64,000 nucleotides of DNA from Okamejei kenojei (GCA_035221665.1 CM069161.1:18352001-18416000); one strand, 5' to 3'. Numbered from the stretch's first letter, positions 24,575 through 37,721 are shown. Numbers and translations: made by a program. Notes: generated by a model not told the origin, from the sequence alone.

Positions 24575-24985
24575 CCTCTGGACTTTATTTCTTAAATCGT
24601 AGGAGGCTGAAGGATGATATTATTGAGGTGCATCAAACTATGAGGGGAATAGAAAAGCTGAACACATGGAGTCATTTTCTCAAGATTGGGGAATCTTGAA
24701 CTAGAGGGCATAGGTTTAAAGAAAAAGGGGAAACATTTAATACAAACCCGAGGGGCAACTTTTTCCACAGAAATTGTGATGGGATATGGAACGAGATGCC
24801 AGAAGAACCAGGTGAGGTAGATACAATGGCATTTAAAAGACATTTGGGCAGGTACATGGATAGGAAAGGTTTAGAAGGATATGGGTCAAATTGGGCAAAT
24901 GGAACTAGCTTAGATGAGGCATCTTGGTGGGCACAGAGTAGTAGGGATGAAGGGTCTGTTCCCCAGCTATATGACTATGATTCTT
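24575..24985 (+). mobile_element. CR1 LINE 3' fragment
   Basis: LYFLNRRRLKDDIIEVHQTMRG and FKRHLGRYMDRKGLEGYG; tail CTATATGACTATGATTCT. Confidence 0.75.
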
Positions 24986-25579
24986 ATTCTGACTGTATGA
25001 CTTGCTTAATCCAATTCCCAGCTTTTAGTCCCTAGTCCTGGAGTTACCCAAAAGTACTTTTTAAGTGCAATTAACCTTTCTGCCTCCATCACCTTTTAGC
25101 CAGTGAGTTCCCGATCCTATCCTGCATGCAAACTATTTTCTGAAACTTTGCTCTAATGCTATCAGTTGGTCTGTCGCCCTTGTTTGTTGAGACCCCTCAA
25201 ACCCTTTCCTCTCAAAATGTTACTGTCAGCTCAGTGCTAGCCAACTCTCACGAAATGGGGCGGCTCCTACAAGATAGCAGATGCGGCAGTTTTGTCAGTT
25301 TTGGGCCGAGATGATCTGCCATAAATTACAACACTATTGTGAAAGTATAAAGAACATAAATGAAGGGGAACAAATATGTGCATACATTATTGGTGTTTGG
25401 TTATAGGTACATTAAATGAATACTGAACAGAATTTTTTTTTCATTTTCATTCCCAGTAATTATCAAGATGGATTTTGTTTCAAACATCGTTGATTGGTAA
25501 GATAACAGTGTAATCTTTTGCCTTTGTGTCTCTATGCACTCTGTGCCAGGAGTGGTGTGAATCAGTCAGCTGGTAAATT

Positions 25580-26118
25580 AGAAACAAGGAACTGGAGATG
25601 CTGGTTTATAAAAAAGGACAAACAAAGTGCTGGAGTAAACTCAACAGTTCAAGCAGCATCTCTGGAGAACACGGATAGGTGACGTTTAGGGTCAGGACCC
25701 TTCTTCAGACTAATTGTAGGAGAAAAGGGTGGGGGGGGTGGAAGAAAACTGGAAGAGAGGAGAGGTAGGATGATACAGGCAAGGTTGGGGGGGTTGATGG
25801 TTAGAACTTTGTTTTTGTTGTTTGTACTTTTTTTAAAGGACTTTTGGTTCAGAGAAACATTTCGTTCAGAGTCCTTTTCTCCAAGGTTGGGATGTCTAGA
25901 GCAAGTTCCAGCACTCTGCCTGTCATAAACCACCTGCCTGTGTTCACCAATTACCTGCTGCACTTTGCCTTCCTCTTTTCCCTTTCTATCCCTCCTTCCC
26001 CACCCACCCCTCCCCCGCCCACATAGACTGAAGAAGGACCCCATAACCTGAAACATCACCTATCGATCATCTCCAGAGATGTTGCCTGACCCACTGTTAC
26101 TCCAGCACTTTGTGTCCA
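25580..26118. mobile_element. Penelope-like terminal repeats in inverted arrangement
   Basis: pLTR sequence on - strand at 25580-25712 and on + strand at 26025-26118 (CTGAAGAAGGACC...TGAAACATCACC). Confidence 0.65.
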
Positions 26119-26639
26119 GGCTGGTAATCTACATTTTCATTTGCAATACACAGGATATCAGGCATCATATCAGACATTGCAAAGTTTCACGGAGATGCAA
26201 GTGACCGCAGATGCTAGAATCTGCAGCGACAGATGGAACTCAGCAGGTCGAGCAGCATCTGTGGGTGAAAGGTCCAGTCAACATTTTGGTCAAAACCCCT
26301 GCATCAGATCCAAGAGTGGAGAGGGCAGATCCCTTCCTTCACCAGGGCTTCATTCCTGCTATTTCAGATCAATCTGTTGAGTCCACTAGATGTGGAATGT
26401 GCTGGTCTAGAAATAAATGTCATGTTGTCTTGGGTGCAGTGAAGCTTAATGGCTTATCTTTGATTCCACTAAAAACACAGTCAAAAAGAGAAAAGCTGAA
26501 TAGGATTTCCCAGAGGAATGGAAACATAAATCAAAGGGCGAATCAACCCACTTACTGGCATGTCAACTGAGTCGGCTTCTTAGTATAAGGTGCTGTTTAT
26601 CAGTATTATTATTTCCAATCATTTTTTTCAGATTCATTA

Positions 26640-26910
26640 CTTTAATTTAGTTTAGTTCAGATACAGATCGGAAACAGGACCTTCAGCCCTCCGAGTCTGC
26701 GTTGACCAGCAATCCCCGTACATTAACACTAGCCCACATACTAGGGACAATTTACATTTATACAAAGCCAATTAACCGACAAACCTGTTTGTCTTTGGAG
26801 TGTGGAGGGAAACCCACGATCTCGGAGAAAATCCCACGCGGTCACAGGGAGAACATACAAACTCTGTGCAGACAGCACTGGTAGTCAGGATTGAACCCCG
26901 GTCCCAGGCC
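26640..26910 (-). mobile_element. HE1-type V-SINE
   Basis: TTTAG tail, V-domain, B box CAGGATTGAACCC. Confidence 0.8.
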
Positions 26911-27167
26911 ACTGGATGGCATTAATAGCTTTATTCTGTGAGGGAAATGTCTGTGATCCTATGTTATCTAGACAGCCTGCAACACAGAGAGAGGTGGCGT
27001 TATTTCCTTGTTTCATTTGGGCCCAGAGGAAGATCAGATGAAAGAATATCAGACAGGTTAGGGACCCAACACATTGCTCATTGACTCAACACATTAAAGA
27101 ACATATGAAAATTGAAATAAATGGGGTTTGTATTTTGGTGCCCTGCATGCAGAAAATTGATTTTAAA

Positions 27168-27300
27168 GTCTGAAGAAGGGTCTCGACCCGAAACATCACC
27201 CATTCCTTCTCTCCAGAGATGCTGCCTGTACTGCTGAGTTACTCCAGCATTTTGTGCCTATCTTCAGTGTAAACCAGCATCTGCAGTTCCTTCCTAAACA
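27168..27300 (+). mobile_element. Penelope terminal fragment beginning at a hammerhead core
   Basis: CTGAAGA-AGGGTCTCGACCC-GAAACATC at 27170-27197 followed by the conserved pLTR body. Confidence 0.75.
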
Positions 27301-29054
27301 AAATGATTTTTAATATGATTTGTTGTGTCCTTGGGAAGAAAGAATGGATGTATTAGTCTGGAATTAAAACTGTTCCTTTGCAGCTATTTGCCTTTGACTG
27401 CGGCGGTATATTTTACAGTTGTGCAAGAGTGTAACATCGGGTTTCCGGATGAGGTAGGCCTTGCACAATGTCCTGATGAAGGCGAATTCCAGATCTCCAG
27501 TTTGGGAATAGTTGCTAAGCAATAAACTAATTGTTTGAATACTTCTGTTGTCTGCTAAAGAGACTATTAAAAAGTTTGCAAATTGTACATTAAAGTGGAA
27601 AGGTCACAACTGCAGGGAAGGATGGAACGTAGAACATAGAATAGTACAGTACAGGAAGAGGCCCTTTGGGCCACAATGTCTGTGCTGAACCTGCTGAATC
27701 ATCTTTCTCCTCTTGCAATCTTCTCCCCACTGCACTCCCGCCTGTCATCTCTTGATGATGTCTCTCCATTTGCACCTTCCTGCATCCTCCAACAATGTCA
27801 TAATCATCTACTCAATTAAACCTTAATTGGAAGGTGCTAGGAGTCAATTAAACTGTGCAAGAGTCAGTAACTTTAATCGATGAGGAAGATGCTCCTCAGT
27901 TGCCCTATGACTTTAAAGAAAAGGAACCACCTTACATTCGTGGACCGATTTCCATGCCTGGGAACATTTCAATTAGTATATAATTCATGCTGGAGGCTGC
28001 CATCTGTAAATGGGACACCGAATAGCAGTATAGGAGCAGCATCCTGAATTGTCCAAGTGTGCATGCACGGCATAACTTCAAATGTCCCTGACTGTAGCAT
28101 CTGGATCCCAGGCATGTGGTATTTTTCAGGATTTGTTGGAGACACTGGGCCAAACCATGTGGGTTCTCAACAATGCTGGTGACCAGCACAGAATTAGAAA
28201 TGTTGCTGCAATCTTTTGCTGCAAATGATCATCAGAGATGTTATCACTAATGATTTGCTGGTTGTCACTTCAGGAAAAATTCTGACATAGATTGTCCATG
28301 AATGCAATACCATAGAAACAAAATTGAGGAAACTTTTTAATGCCCAAGGTCCAGGTTGCAGATGCATGGGAAGTATTCCATGAGCACAAGGCCCTAGTCT
28401 TTGCCCTGTTTGCTGAATTAGATTCATATCCAGTATTCCATTCCTTGCCGTTCCCTCATCAGTTATGCAGCCACCCACCCATCCTTCAACAGAGGAGCAC
28501 TTAGTTGTCAAGCACCTCCGCAATTATTGTGGAAAATTCGTGACGCACAAGCAGCAAATATGGCAAATAAATAATTAACGTCCATCCACAGAGTCACTTC
28601 ATTAATTATAATAAAAAATAATTCACTCTTGCTCTAACTTCCAGACTATCATTCATCATTGTTTTTAATATAAAATGCTAGCTGTCCAAAGACCAAACAT
28701 TAACACAAAGTGGTACGTGCTTTCAAGCTTTTGTATCTTCTGCGCAATGAGAGGGGGAGAAGAGGGAATGAGTGGGGTGAGAAATGTCTTTGATTATGTT
28801 GGCTGCTTTTCCGAGGCAGCATGAAGTGTAGATGGAGTCAATGGTGGGGATTCTAGTCTTAGTGATGGACTGGGCTACATCTATAACTCTTCAGCAAATT
28901 CTTGTGGAGAGCTGATCCCAAACAAAAAATGACAGCAAGCTTGGAAGAAACAAGTTCTATGGGGCAACAATAGGTGGAAACAATGGGTCTGCTGGTCCTG
29001 GGAAGAAGTAGGAGATCTCGTGACAAAGTGAGGGCAGTGACTATTCTGGAAGAA

Positions 29055-29182
29055 GGGTCTGAAGAAGGGTCTCAACCCGAATCGTCACCCATTGCTTCTC
29101 TCTAGAGATGCTGCCTGTCCCGCTGAGTTACTCCAGCTTTTTGTGTCTATCTTTAAATCAGCATCTGCAGTTCCTTCCTACT
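29055..29182 (+). mobile_element. Penelope terminal fragment with hammerhead-like core
   Basis: GGGT-CTGAAGA-AGGGTCTCAACCC-GAATCGTC-ACCC, then pLTR body. Confidence 0.7.
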
Positions 29183-30555
29183 CCATTTGGGAAGCAATGG
29201 CTTGATGTTTGGTGGAGTCATGGTTCAGAAGTCTGCTAGCTAATTCTGCAATTTGACAAACCACAACAGCCCCATCCGTGGTGCTGGGTTAGGGTTGGTC
29301 TTTTGTAACCAGTGTTGCGTGTTTCGATTGGATTATGTTTGAAAAAGTAAAGGGGTGGAAAATCGACAAGGTCAGCAATTTGCCTTAGAGTAGAGTTTGC
29401 CCTGCATGATACAGCAGCTGCATCACACCATCCTTATGGTCTATGCGTGAATTTCCTCACTGCTTTTTTGCTCAAGGCATTAACCAATTTTCAAAGATTT
29501 TCCGAGACCATGAGAGAAAATTATCAAAGCAGCCCGCTCAGTTCTGGCAGAAGATTTCAAGGCTCTTGTTTTCTTTGATTTTACAGTGACTTTTATCAGT
29601 AGGGGGCAGCATCATATCTCATTCACATTTTCATTGCAATCCTTGACAAATTGTAGCTTTGTAAAGGATACGGCTTTTGTAATATATAAACTGAATTTTC
29701 CTTGATATATTTCATTTGATTATTTATCAGCATTTTAACATTTTCAAGATACTCCCCCACATTTAAACATTGTAGTTATTCAAGTTAGAATAACTTTTTA
29801 TTTTTACTGTCACAATGATTTTTTTCCTGGTACAACAGAACGTACTTTAAAGAAAAATGGAGAAGGAATGGAATATTTTATTGTCATATCTGACAATGCA
29901 AATTCTTTCATGGCAAATGTAATCCTATTAAACAATGGTCTTGAATGCTTAAACTTTGTATTGTTAAAATGATGTGTGATTCTCACTTAAGTTACTTCTG
30001 CCTGTGCCTTGGTGTTTCGTTTTATTTCACGGTCCTGCCAGTCTCATTTGTACATCACTTTATCTTTTTTTTAGTTGTCTGCCTCTCTTTCTCACTGTTG
30101 TTTGCTCATTCTGTTTATCACTTCCCCGAGGGGAAGATTGCAAGGCAGCAGTGTGCTCCAATTGGCCAGCCCACTGCCGTGTACAGCTCCCATCTCTACA
30201 AGCACCGTGATGCTGGGTAACAGTTCTCAGGGAGTCTCCAAGACCACAACAGCATTCCTGTTACAAAGCTGCACATGCTCCCGAGCTTCTAACCTCTTCT
30301 GATCATCACAGAGCAGCTGAATCGACGAGTCCCTACTTCCCTTCGCTGTCTCGAAACGTTAAACTCCCTAGCAACGGGGAAAGCATCCCTCAAAGTGAGA
30401 ATCCTAAGCTACCTAGCAACTAAACAATGTCATTTAGTGCCTTTCCAACTTCCAGATTTGAAAGGAGACCGGTGTCATTGCACAAAGACTGAAGCTACAT
30501 CAAGGATAAAGCAACACTGGACGAGGATTAATGGTCTCAGGGCACAGCTGAAAGG

Positions 30556-31221
30556 ATGTCTGCACTCCGTCGGAAATTCGGTGAAGACTACCAAGTTGTC
30601 AATACTTCCAGGGGTTCCACCTACAACGCTCCCATAAAAAAGAAAAGACAAAGGTTTGTTGACAAGAACGGTCGGTGTAACGTGCAGCATGGGAACTTAG
30701 GCGGAGAGACAAGTAGGTACATTTCTGATTTGTTCACAACTTTAGTGGATCTGAAGTGGAGATGGAACCTCTTAATTTTCATTATGACTTACACGATAGC
30801 CTGGCTAGTGATGGCTTCAATGTGGTGGATCATAGCCTTCATCCGTGGAGACATAGATCAGACCCACGGTGAGAACTACACTCCGTGTGTGGCCAATGTC
30901 TACAACTTTCCATCCGCTTTTCTTTTCTTCATAGAAACAGAAGCCACCATTGGTTACGGCTTCAGATACATCACCGAGAAATGCCCCGAGGGCATCCTCC
31001 TCTTCTTGTTCCAGTCCTTGCTTGGCTCCATTGTGGATGCCTTTCTGATCGGGTGCATGTTCATGAAAATGTCCCAGCCAAAGAAAAGGGCAGAGACTTT
31101 GATGTTCAGCCGCAGCGTAGTCATCTCCCAGCGCGACGGCAAAATGTGCCTGATGTTTCGAGTAGGGAACCTTAGAAACAGCCATATGGTCTCTGCTCAG
31201 ATGAGATGCAAAGTGATAAAG
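30556..31221 (+). CDS. KCNJ3: G protein-activated inward rectifier K+ channel 1 (Kir3.1/GIRK1)-like, coding exon 1 (N-terminus, M1, pore, M2)
   Basis: [15 protein letters not shown]...[20 protein letters not shown]...[15 protein letters not shown]...[13 protein letters not shown]; 222 codons ending AAG|GTAAGC (phase-0 donor at the position known for KCNJ3). Ortholog versus paralog unresolved. Confidence 0.95.
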
Positions 31222-31629
31222 GTAAGCGCTGTCAAACATTAACTAATTTCCAGGTAAATGTGTTTAAGCCAAACCAGGCTCTCTAACTAGATTTGGCTAT
31301 GCAGATAAAGTGTTGGACTGAACTAGTTAATTAAAACAAACCTTTTTTTTAATTGCAAGATGTTATTGTCCTCAGTAATGGAGATGTTGCAAATGTAATT
31401 TACTGAGTGGAAAATAAAATGAGGCTTAAGGAAGAGCAATATTGTTCCCAGGGCAATTCAGCAACAGAAGAGTTAACATGGTACGGCTACGTCAAGTGAT
31501 ACTTTCATGAATAGACTGCTTCAGAGTATGTTCAAATACTACAAGCATTTGCTTTGGTTTCGGATCTCTGCATAGATAGCAAAATGATGGGACGGGAGGT
31601 CAGAATAAGTGTGCTATCATCAATACACA

Positions 31630-31935
31630 GCGACTGATAGAGCTGCTGCCCCACAGTACCAGAGACCTAGGTTCGATCCTGACCTCAGGTGCTGTCTGTA
31701 TCGAGTTTACACGTTCTCCCTCTGACTGCATGGGTTTCCTTCGGGTGCTCCGGTTTCTTCCCACATCTCAGATTTGGAGGTTAATTGGCCCCTGTAAATT
31801 GCCACCAGTGTGTAGGGAGTGGATGCAAAAGTGGGATAACATAGTAACAGTGTGAACAGGTGATCGATGGTCGGTGTGGACTCAGTGGGCCGAAGGACCA
31901 GTTTCCATGCTGGATCTTTCAATTAGTCTACCAAA
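31630..31935 (+). mobile_element. HE1-type V-SINE
   Basis: B box GGTTCGATCC, V-domain GGGTGCTCCGGTTTCTTCCCACA, CR1-like tail GGGCCGAAGG. Confidence 0.8.
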
Positions 31936-32424
31936 ACTCATATGTTGTTTCTCTCTCCTGCCCAAATGTTACTCAATGTGCACAATAATGAAACTATACC
32001 ACCTTCATAATATTACACTGCTGTGCAATGAACATTGTCAATGTATAACTTTAATCATTATTTATGAAGCATTGCCCCAGAATTTGTCGGATGGAATCCC
32101 CAGCAACTGAGTGGGAGGTGTCCACACTGCCAGGTACTGCCGGGGCTCAGTCAAATGCAGGCACTAATTGGGACACAACTTTGGGCAGTTACATGGTTAA
32201 TGGGAACACAAGTATCTGATGAAGGGCAACGAGAGGAAGGTGGTGATAAAGTGCGTGGATTATTTCTCCCATCCATAACTATAAACTTTTTTTTTTAAAT
32301 GATGGGGGGACCTTTGGAGAATTGGGGTCTATGAGTGACTGAATAAACATGATGTCAAACCCATGTACGTTTACATTTATGATGTAGCTACTGGACACTA
32401 ATGCCTTTGACAGTCAATGTAATG

Positions 32425-32756
32425 TTCTTGAAATGCAATCACTGTTATCATATAACATGTCAGGGAATGGATGTGTTATAAGGTCCTACCAGTGGTAATG
32501 AGGTAAATCACAAAATAAGGTCATGTTGATGGATTAATTTGAGGACCTTTACCAGGAGAGCTTTATGTAACCCGCTGAAAAGGGTGGACAGAATATTGAT
32601 TAATGCTTCATGTATAAATGATCATACTCCCAACAGTGCAACTTGTCTTCAGAGCTGCTGTGAAATATCAATTGAAATAGAAGGCCTGAATGAGATTTAA
32701 ACCCATGGCCATCCAACTCTGGAGACTAGAGCACAGTTATTGAGTTGAGGCTGACC
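32425..32756 (-). mobile_element. Highly degenerate Deu-domain SINE (SacSINE1/AmnSINE-related)
   Basis: Reverse complement of GCACTGTTGGGAG...ATGAAGCATTAA and a tRNA-like head (GTCAGCCTCAACTCA...GGGTTTAAATCTC); recognised from memory of the consensus. Confidence 0.45.
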
Positions 32757-32874
32757 TGATACCTGACAGGTAGAAAGAATAGAAACTAGACTCTGCATCA
32801 TCAGCTCTACACATGCCTCGTGAAAGCAGCCAACATTACCAAGGACCTTTCTCATCCCACTCATTCCCTTACCA

Positions 32875-33278
32875 CTACAACATGGAGCGCAGGAGGATGA
32901 GGGGTGATCTTATACAGGTGTACAAATTCATGTGAGGAATAGATTGGGTAGTGTCTTGCCCAGATTAGGGGAATCGAGGACCCGAGGACATACTGTAGGT
33001 TCAAGGATGAGGGGGAATAGATTTAATAGGAATCCGAGGGGTAACTTTTTCACACAAAGAGTGGTGGGTGTATGGAACAAGCTGCCTGATGAGGTTGTTG
33101 AGGCTGGAACTATCCCATTGTTTAATAAACAGTTAGACCGGTACATGGATAGGACAGGTTTGGAGGGACATGGACCAAACGCAGGCAAGTGGGACTAGTG
33201 TAGCTGGGATATTGTTGGCCAGTGTGGGCAAGTTGGGCCGAAGGGCCTGTTTCCACACTGTATCACTCTATGACTCTA
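32875..33278 (+). mobile_element. CR1 LINE 3' fragment
   Basis: GESRTRGH...GNFFTQRVVGVWNKLPDEVVEAGTI...DRYMDRTGLEGHGP; tail CTCTATGACTCTA. Confidence 0.85.
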
Positions 33279-33363
33279 ACCTCAAATAAGCTCTGAACTA
33301 CATAGACTATTATTGTTATTATTGCACTATTATTGTTTTTTTGTTGTGTATAGGTATGTGTGC

Positions 33364-33394
<31 letters not shown>

Positions 33395-33399
33395 CTACA

Positions 33400-34160
33400 T
33401 CAGAATCAGAATCAGAATCACACTTTATTTGCTACGTATGTTTTGCAACATACGAGGAATTTCTTTGGTCAGTCATACAATTAAAAATAACAGATTACTC
33501 AAAAACACATTTTAACATGAACATCCACCACAGTGACTCCTACACATTCCTCACTGTGATGGAAGGCGAAATAAAGTTCAAGTCCTTCCCTTAGTTCTTC
33601 CTCGGTCGTGGGCCTCAAGCCGCCGTTGACGGGACGATTTTGACTCCCGTAGCCGGCGGCGTTTGGGCCCTCCACGTCGAGGCAATCAGCTCCCACATTG
33701 GGGGGATGTCAGCTCCCCCGCGCCCAGCGATCAAACCTCGTGCCGGGGCTGGTCGAGCCTTCCGTAACGTTGGAGCTGCCGACTAGCCTCACCCGAGACT
33801 GCGAGCCCTTGGTGTTGGTTCTGCGGTGGTCACGGTGGGAGCGATCCCAGGCAAGGGATCAGCTCCAATGTTAAGTCCGCGCCCCACGGTGGGGCTCACG
33901 ACAGTCCGAGGAGGCTTCCAGCTCCAGCGATGGTAGGCCGCAGATCCTGGAGAGTGTGTGATCCGAAAATTAATCACATCTCCGGCAAGGTAGGAACTTG
34001 AAAAAAAGTTTTCCCCGATCCCCTCCCCCCTCCCCCCACATAAAACAAACCGAAGAACATTAAAACAAAAACTTTTAACAAACTAAAAAATAACAAAAAG
34101 AGTGAAAAGACAAACAGACTGCCGGCAGGGCTGCCATCTCCCCGGCGCCCCTGGTGGTCC
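33400..34160 (-). mobile_element. Non-autonomous ~750-bp retroelement family copy
   Basis: (TTCTGA)n tail at ~33400-33420; 5' end GGACCACCAGGGGCGCC; homologous to 1-712 and 23436-24225; inserted in a Rex1-like 3' UTR. Confidence 0.75.
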
Positions 34161-34711
34161 CATATATGTGTATTTGTGAGTATGGGTATCTGTACATGCA
34201 CTGAACTCTGTTTTCTCTTTCTCATTTATTATTTTGTTTACATTGTTCTATGTTTTCATATTCTGTCGTGCTGCTGCAAGTAAGAATTTGATTGTTCTAT
34301 CTGGGACATATGACAATAACACACTCTTGACTCTTGACTCTTGAACTCCTGTCTCCCATCAAGAGATAAAAGCTTGAACAGCTTCTTCCCCACCGTGTTC
34401 AGATTACTGAAAGAACCACCCATAAACTAGGACATAGTCCCAATCTTCCAATCGACTTCATTGCAGACCTAGGACCTTTCCTCCGTAACTGTAAAACTAT
34501 AACATTGTAACATTATATTCTGCATTCTGATATTTTTCTCTTTGCGCTATTGGTAGTACTTACATGTGACTATGTATAGTACGATTTTTAATGGATAGCA
34601 CACAAACAAAGGCTTTTTACTGCATCTCAGTACACATGACAACAATAAACTAGTATCAATATAGTAGCAGGGACATCCGACCTGTGGAGATTTCTGCCCT
34701 TCAATCAGTCC

Positions 34712-34712
<1 letters not shown>

Positions 34713-34755
<43 letters not shown>
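34713..34755. repeat. Poly-C run (43 nt)
   Basis: Directly visible. Confidence 0.9.
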
Positions 34756-34757
<2 letters not shown>

Positions 34758-37325
34758 AGCTGAGCTCAATAATTTACCCCTTGTAAGGGACAGATGGAAG
34801 TTCTACATTTTAGCTGAAATTGAAAACAAGTTCATCTGTGTCACTCCCTTTTTCCCAGTGAGCACTGCCAGCCATCAAGTGGATCTCTGGTGAAATTACT
34901 GGGCAGTTTATGGGCCATCACATTCAACGTAACATCGGGCGATATAAAAAGAGAAAATGTTGGAAAAACTCAGCAAGTCAGGCAGGATCTGAAGAAAGGG
35001 TCTGAAAATTTGTCAGAACTATCACTTCTGATGAAGGTGTCAGGGGTAATGGGGAGAAGGCAGGAGAATTGGGTTGAGGGGGAAAGATAGATCATCCAAT
35101 GATTGAATGGCGGAGTAGACTTGATGGGCCAAATGGCCTAATTCTGCTGCAATCATTTATGAATTTATGAACTTGTGAAGGCTCATACATCCAAGACATT
35201 GACTGTCCCTTTTTACAGAGATACTGCCTGACCCACTGAGTTTTTGCAGCATTTTCTGTTTTTTTGTATCAGAGTTTTAGCATCTGCATTTTTATTTGGT
35301 TTCCATTTACCCAGCTGACTCACAGTCATGTCGAAGTCCTGTTTTGTACAACTCGAAGGTGTGAAGATATCTACAGCATTAACAGAAAACTGAGCACCTT
35401 CAAATCACCAAAATCAATAGTGAATTCAAAGGATGCTTGTAGATCATCACTGTGTCAGGCAATTTAATTACATTTTCAAATATTAGTGAATGTGAAAATG
35501 TTAAAGTGAGAAAGTGCCAAAGGCAACTTGGGGGAGAGAAAATAAAGCTATCCCAAGAAGATATGTAAGGAAGAGAGGACCAGACCCCTCAGGCCTGCCC
35601 TGACATTCATTACGATCATGGCTGATTGATGCCAGCCAAATAGACCCCTCAAGCTTGCACTGACATTCATGGCTGATTAATGTTGGCCCATTGCACGTCA
35701 ATTCCCCCAAAACCTCAATTACTTGATCTTTCCAATATTTATCTTTCTCCACCTGAAATACATCTAATGATCCAGCTTCCACCCCCTTCGAGGGCAGAGA
35801 ATTCCAGGGATTCACAACCTGTGGAGAGAATAAACCTCCACAAACCTCATCTGTAAAAGAGCGGTCCTTTATCTTGTAGTTGCTTGTTTGTGACTCCCTC
35901 TCACCATGTGAACAATCCCTAAACTTAAATACAGATCATAATAAATGATAAATAAAGGATAGATGTTTAATTAATGTTTACATTGCACTGTCAGTCTAAC
36001 ACGTTATGCAAAACGATAATTATATGATTTAAATAGAACTGAAAATAGATGAGGATTTAGGGTACAGTTTGTTACAACCTCAATTTTGCTGGAAATCATT
36101 TTATAATAAAATGTGTATGATTTTAAAATCTATTTGCAAAGCCAGTTTGTTATAAAGATGTGTATCTAATCCAATGTGCAGTGGGCATAAAAGATAGTTT
36201 CATGTCTCGATTTATTTTTATGTTTGCATGAATCAAAACTATCGGAAACCAATGCAGGCGCAATAAACAATTACTAATTGTTTTGAAATTCATTCGTGCC
36301 TATCTCTATGGAAACGTAAAATATTAGCTGCAGAAGTAGTTTGTGATAATCATATATTTTGTTTCAGACTTATTTTGTAATATGCATGTAATAGATTTGT
36401 AATTTAATTTAAAAAAAAATCAAAATTATGTTAAATGGAACCATTTCATTTATAGGTCAGATAGACTCACATTTAAAACTTCTGCATCCATTTATTAACA
36501 TAAAATAAATTGTTGGAATAAGACATTGATACAAATCTAGAGGTCTTCATGGAAACTGATTATTTTTTATCAAAACACTTTTAGAAATGAAATGTCAGGA
36601 AAAGTAAAAAAATTAGTTTATTACCATAATTATGATGGGATTCGTGATCAGTTATCTTAGAATTGTTCTTGCATTTTCAGCCATGAGATTCCATGCTTTT
36701 TATTGGCAAGATAATTTAAACTCTTTAACCTTTTCAAAGCTCGAATTGACATTTCTGTCCACTAATCAAAAATGGCATTTCCTATTTATTTCTAATTGCC
36801 TCATGAATTGAACCATTTTCCCTTCCCATTGCACATGCAATGCACTCTGCTGAAGGAACACAATGCGGGCAAGGATCTTTTTCTTACAATCTGTCTCCAA
36901 GACTACCATGCAATGTCAAGGAAGCCTTGATTTCAAACTAACATCCTTTCTCCTTTTCAAATGAAAGAATTGACTACAAATCGGAACCACTTTCTTTTAA
37001 CTTCAGATAGTTGCAACCTGTTGAGGCAAAGTCTTTCATAGGATAAACTGAAGTAGAGAAGGGCTTCCAGTCCTCTGTGACACTGAGATTCTATAAGATA
37101 ATCTTTTTACCTCAGTGTCATTTTCCAACCTTTAAGAAACTGTTAGACAAGTACATGGCAAGTAGGGCAGGTTTGGAGTGATATGGACCAAACTTAGGCA
37201 GGTTGGACTAGTGTAGCTGGGATAGCTGGGAGATGTTGGCCGGTGTGGGCAAAATGGGCCGATGGGCGTGTTTCCACGCTGTATGACTCTAGGACTCTAT
37301 AATCCCATGATCTTTAATTCCCTTA

Positions 37326-37461
37326 ATGTGCAGGAAGGAACTGCAGATGCTGGTTTAAATCGAAGATAAACACAAAATGCTGGAGTAACTCAGTGGGACA
37401 GGCAGCATCTCTGGAGAGAAGGAATGGGTGACATTTCGGGTCGAGACCTTTCTTCAGACTG
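37326..37461 (-). mobile_element. Penelope terminal fragment with hammerhead core
   Basis: Reverse complement AGTCTGAAGAAAGGTCTCGACCCGAAATGTCACCC. Confidence 0.7.
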
Positions 37462-37721
37462 AATTGATTCCCTTAATATCTACAAAGCTATTAAACTTTT
37501 TCTAGAATATCTGATGCATTGAATTCACCAACCTCTGAGCGAAGAATATTCTCCTCAACAATGACTTGAATTATTTATTTTAACACTGTGATCCTCGGTT
37601 CCCAGACAGAAACCTCCAACTCACTATCTATTCTCTCGTGGCACTACAATCTTTCTTTCATGTTCAAAAATATTCCTTTGCCCAACAGTGTCTGTGCTGA
37701 ACATAATGTTAAACCAATCTC

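Noticed and set aside
31222-31242. ORF-track C-terminus VSAVKH as the real protein end
   Set aside because: Read-through past the GTAAGC donor; homology continues in exon 2 at 56075
34713-34755. Functional G-quadruplex or polyproline ORF
   Set aside because: Simple homopolymer whose length is unreliable in assemblies; no supporting context
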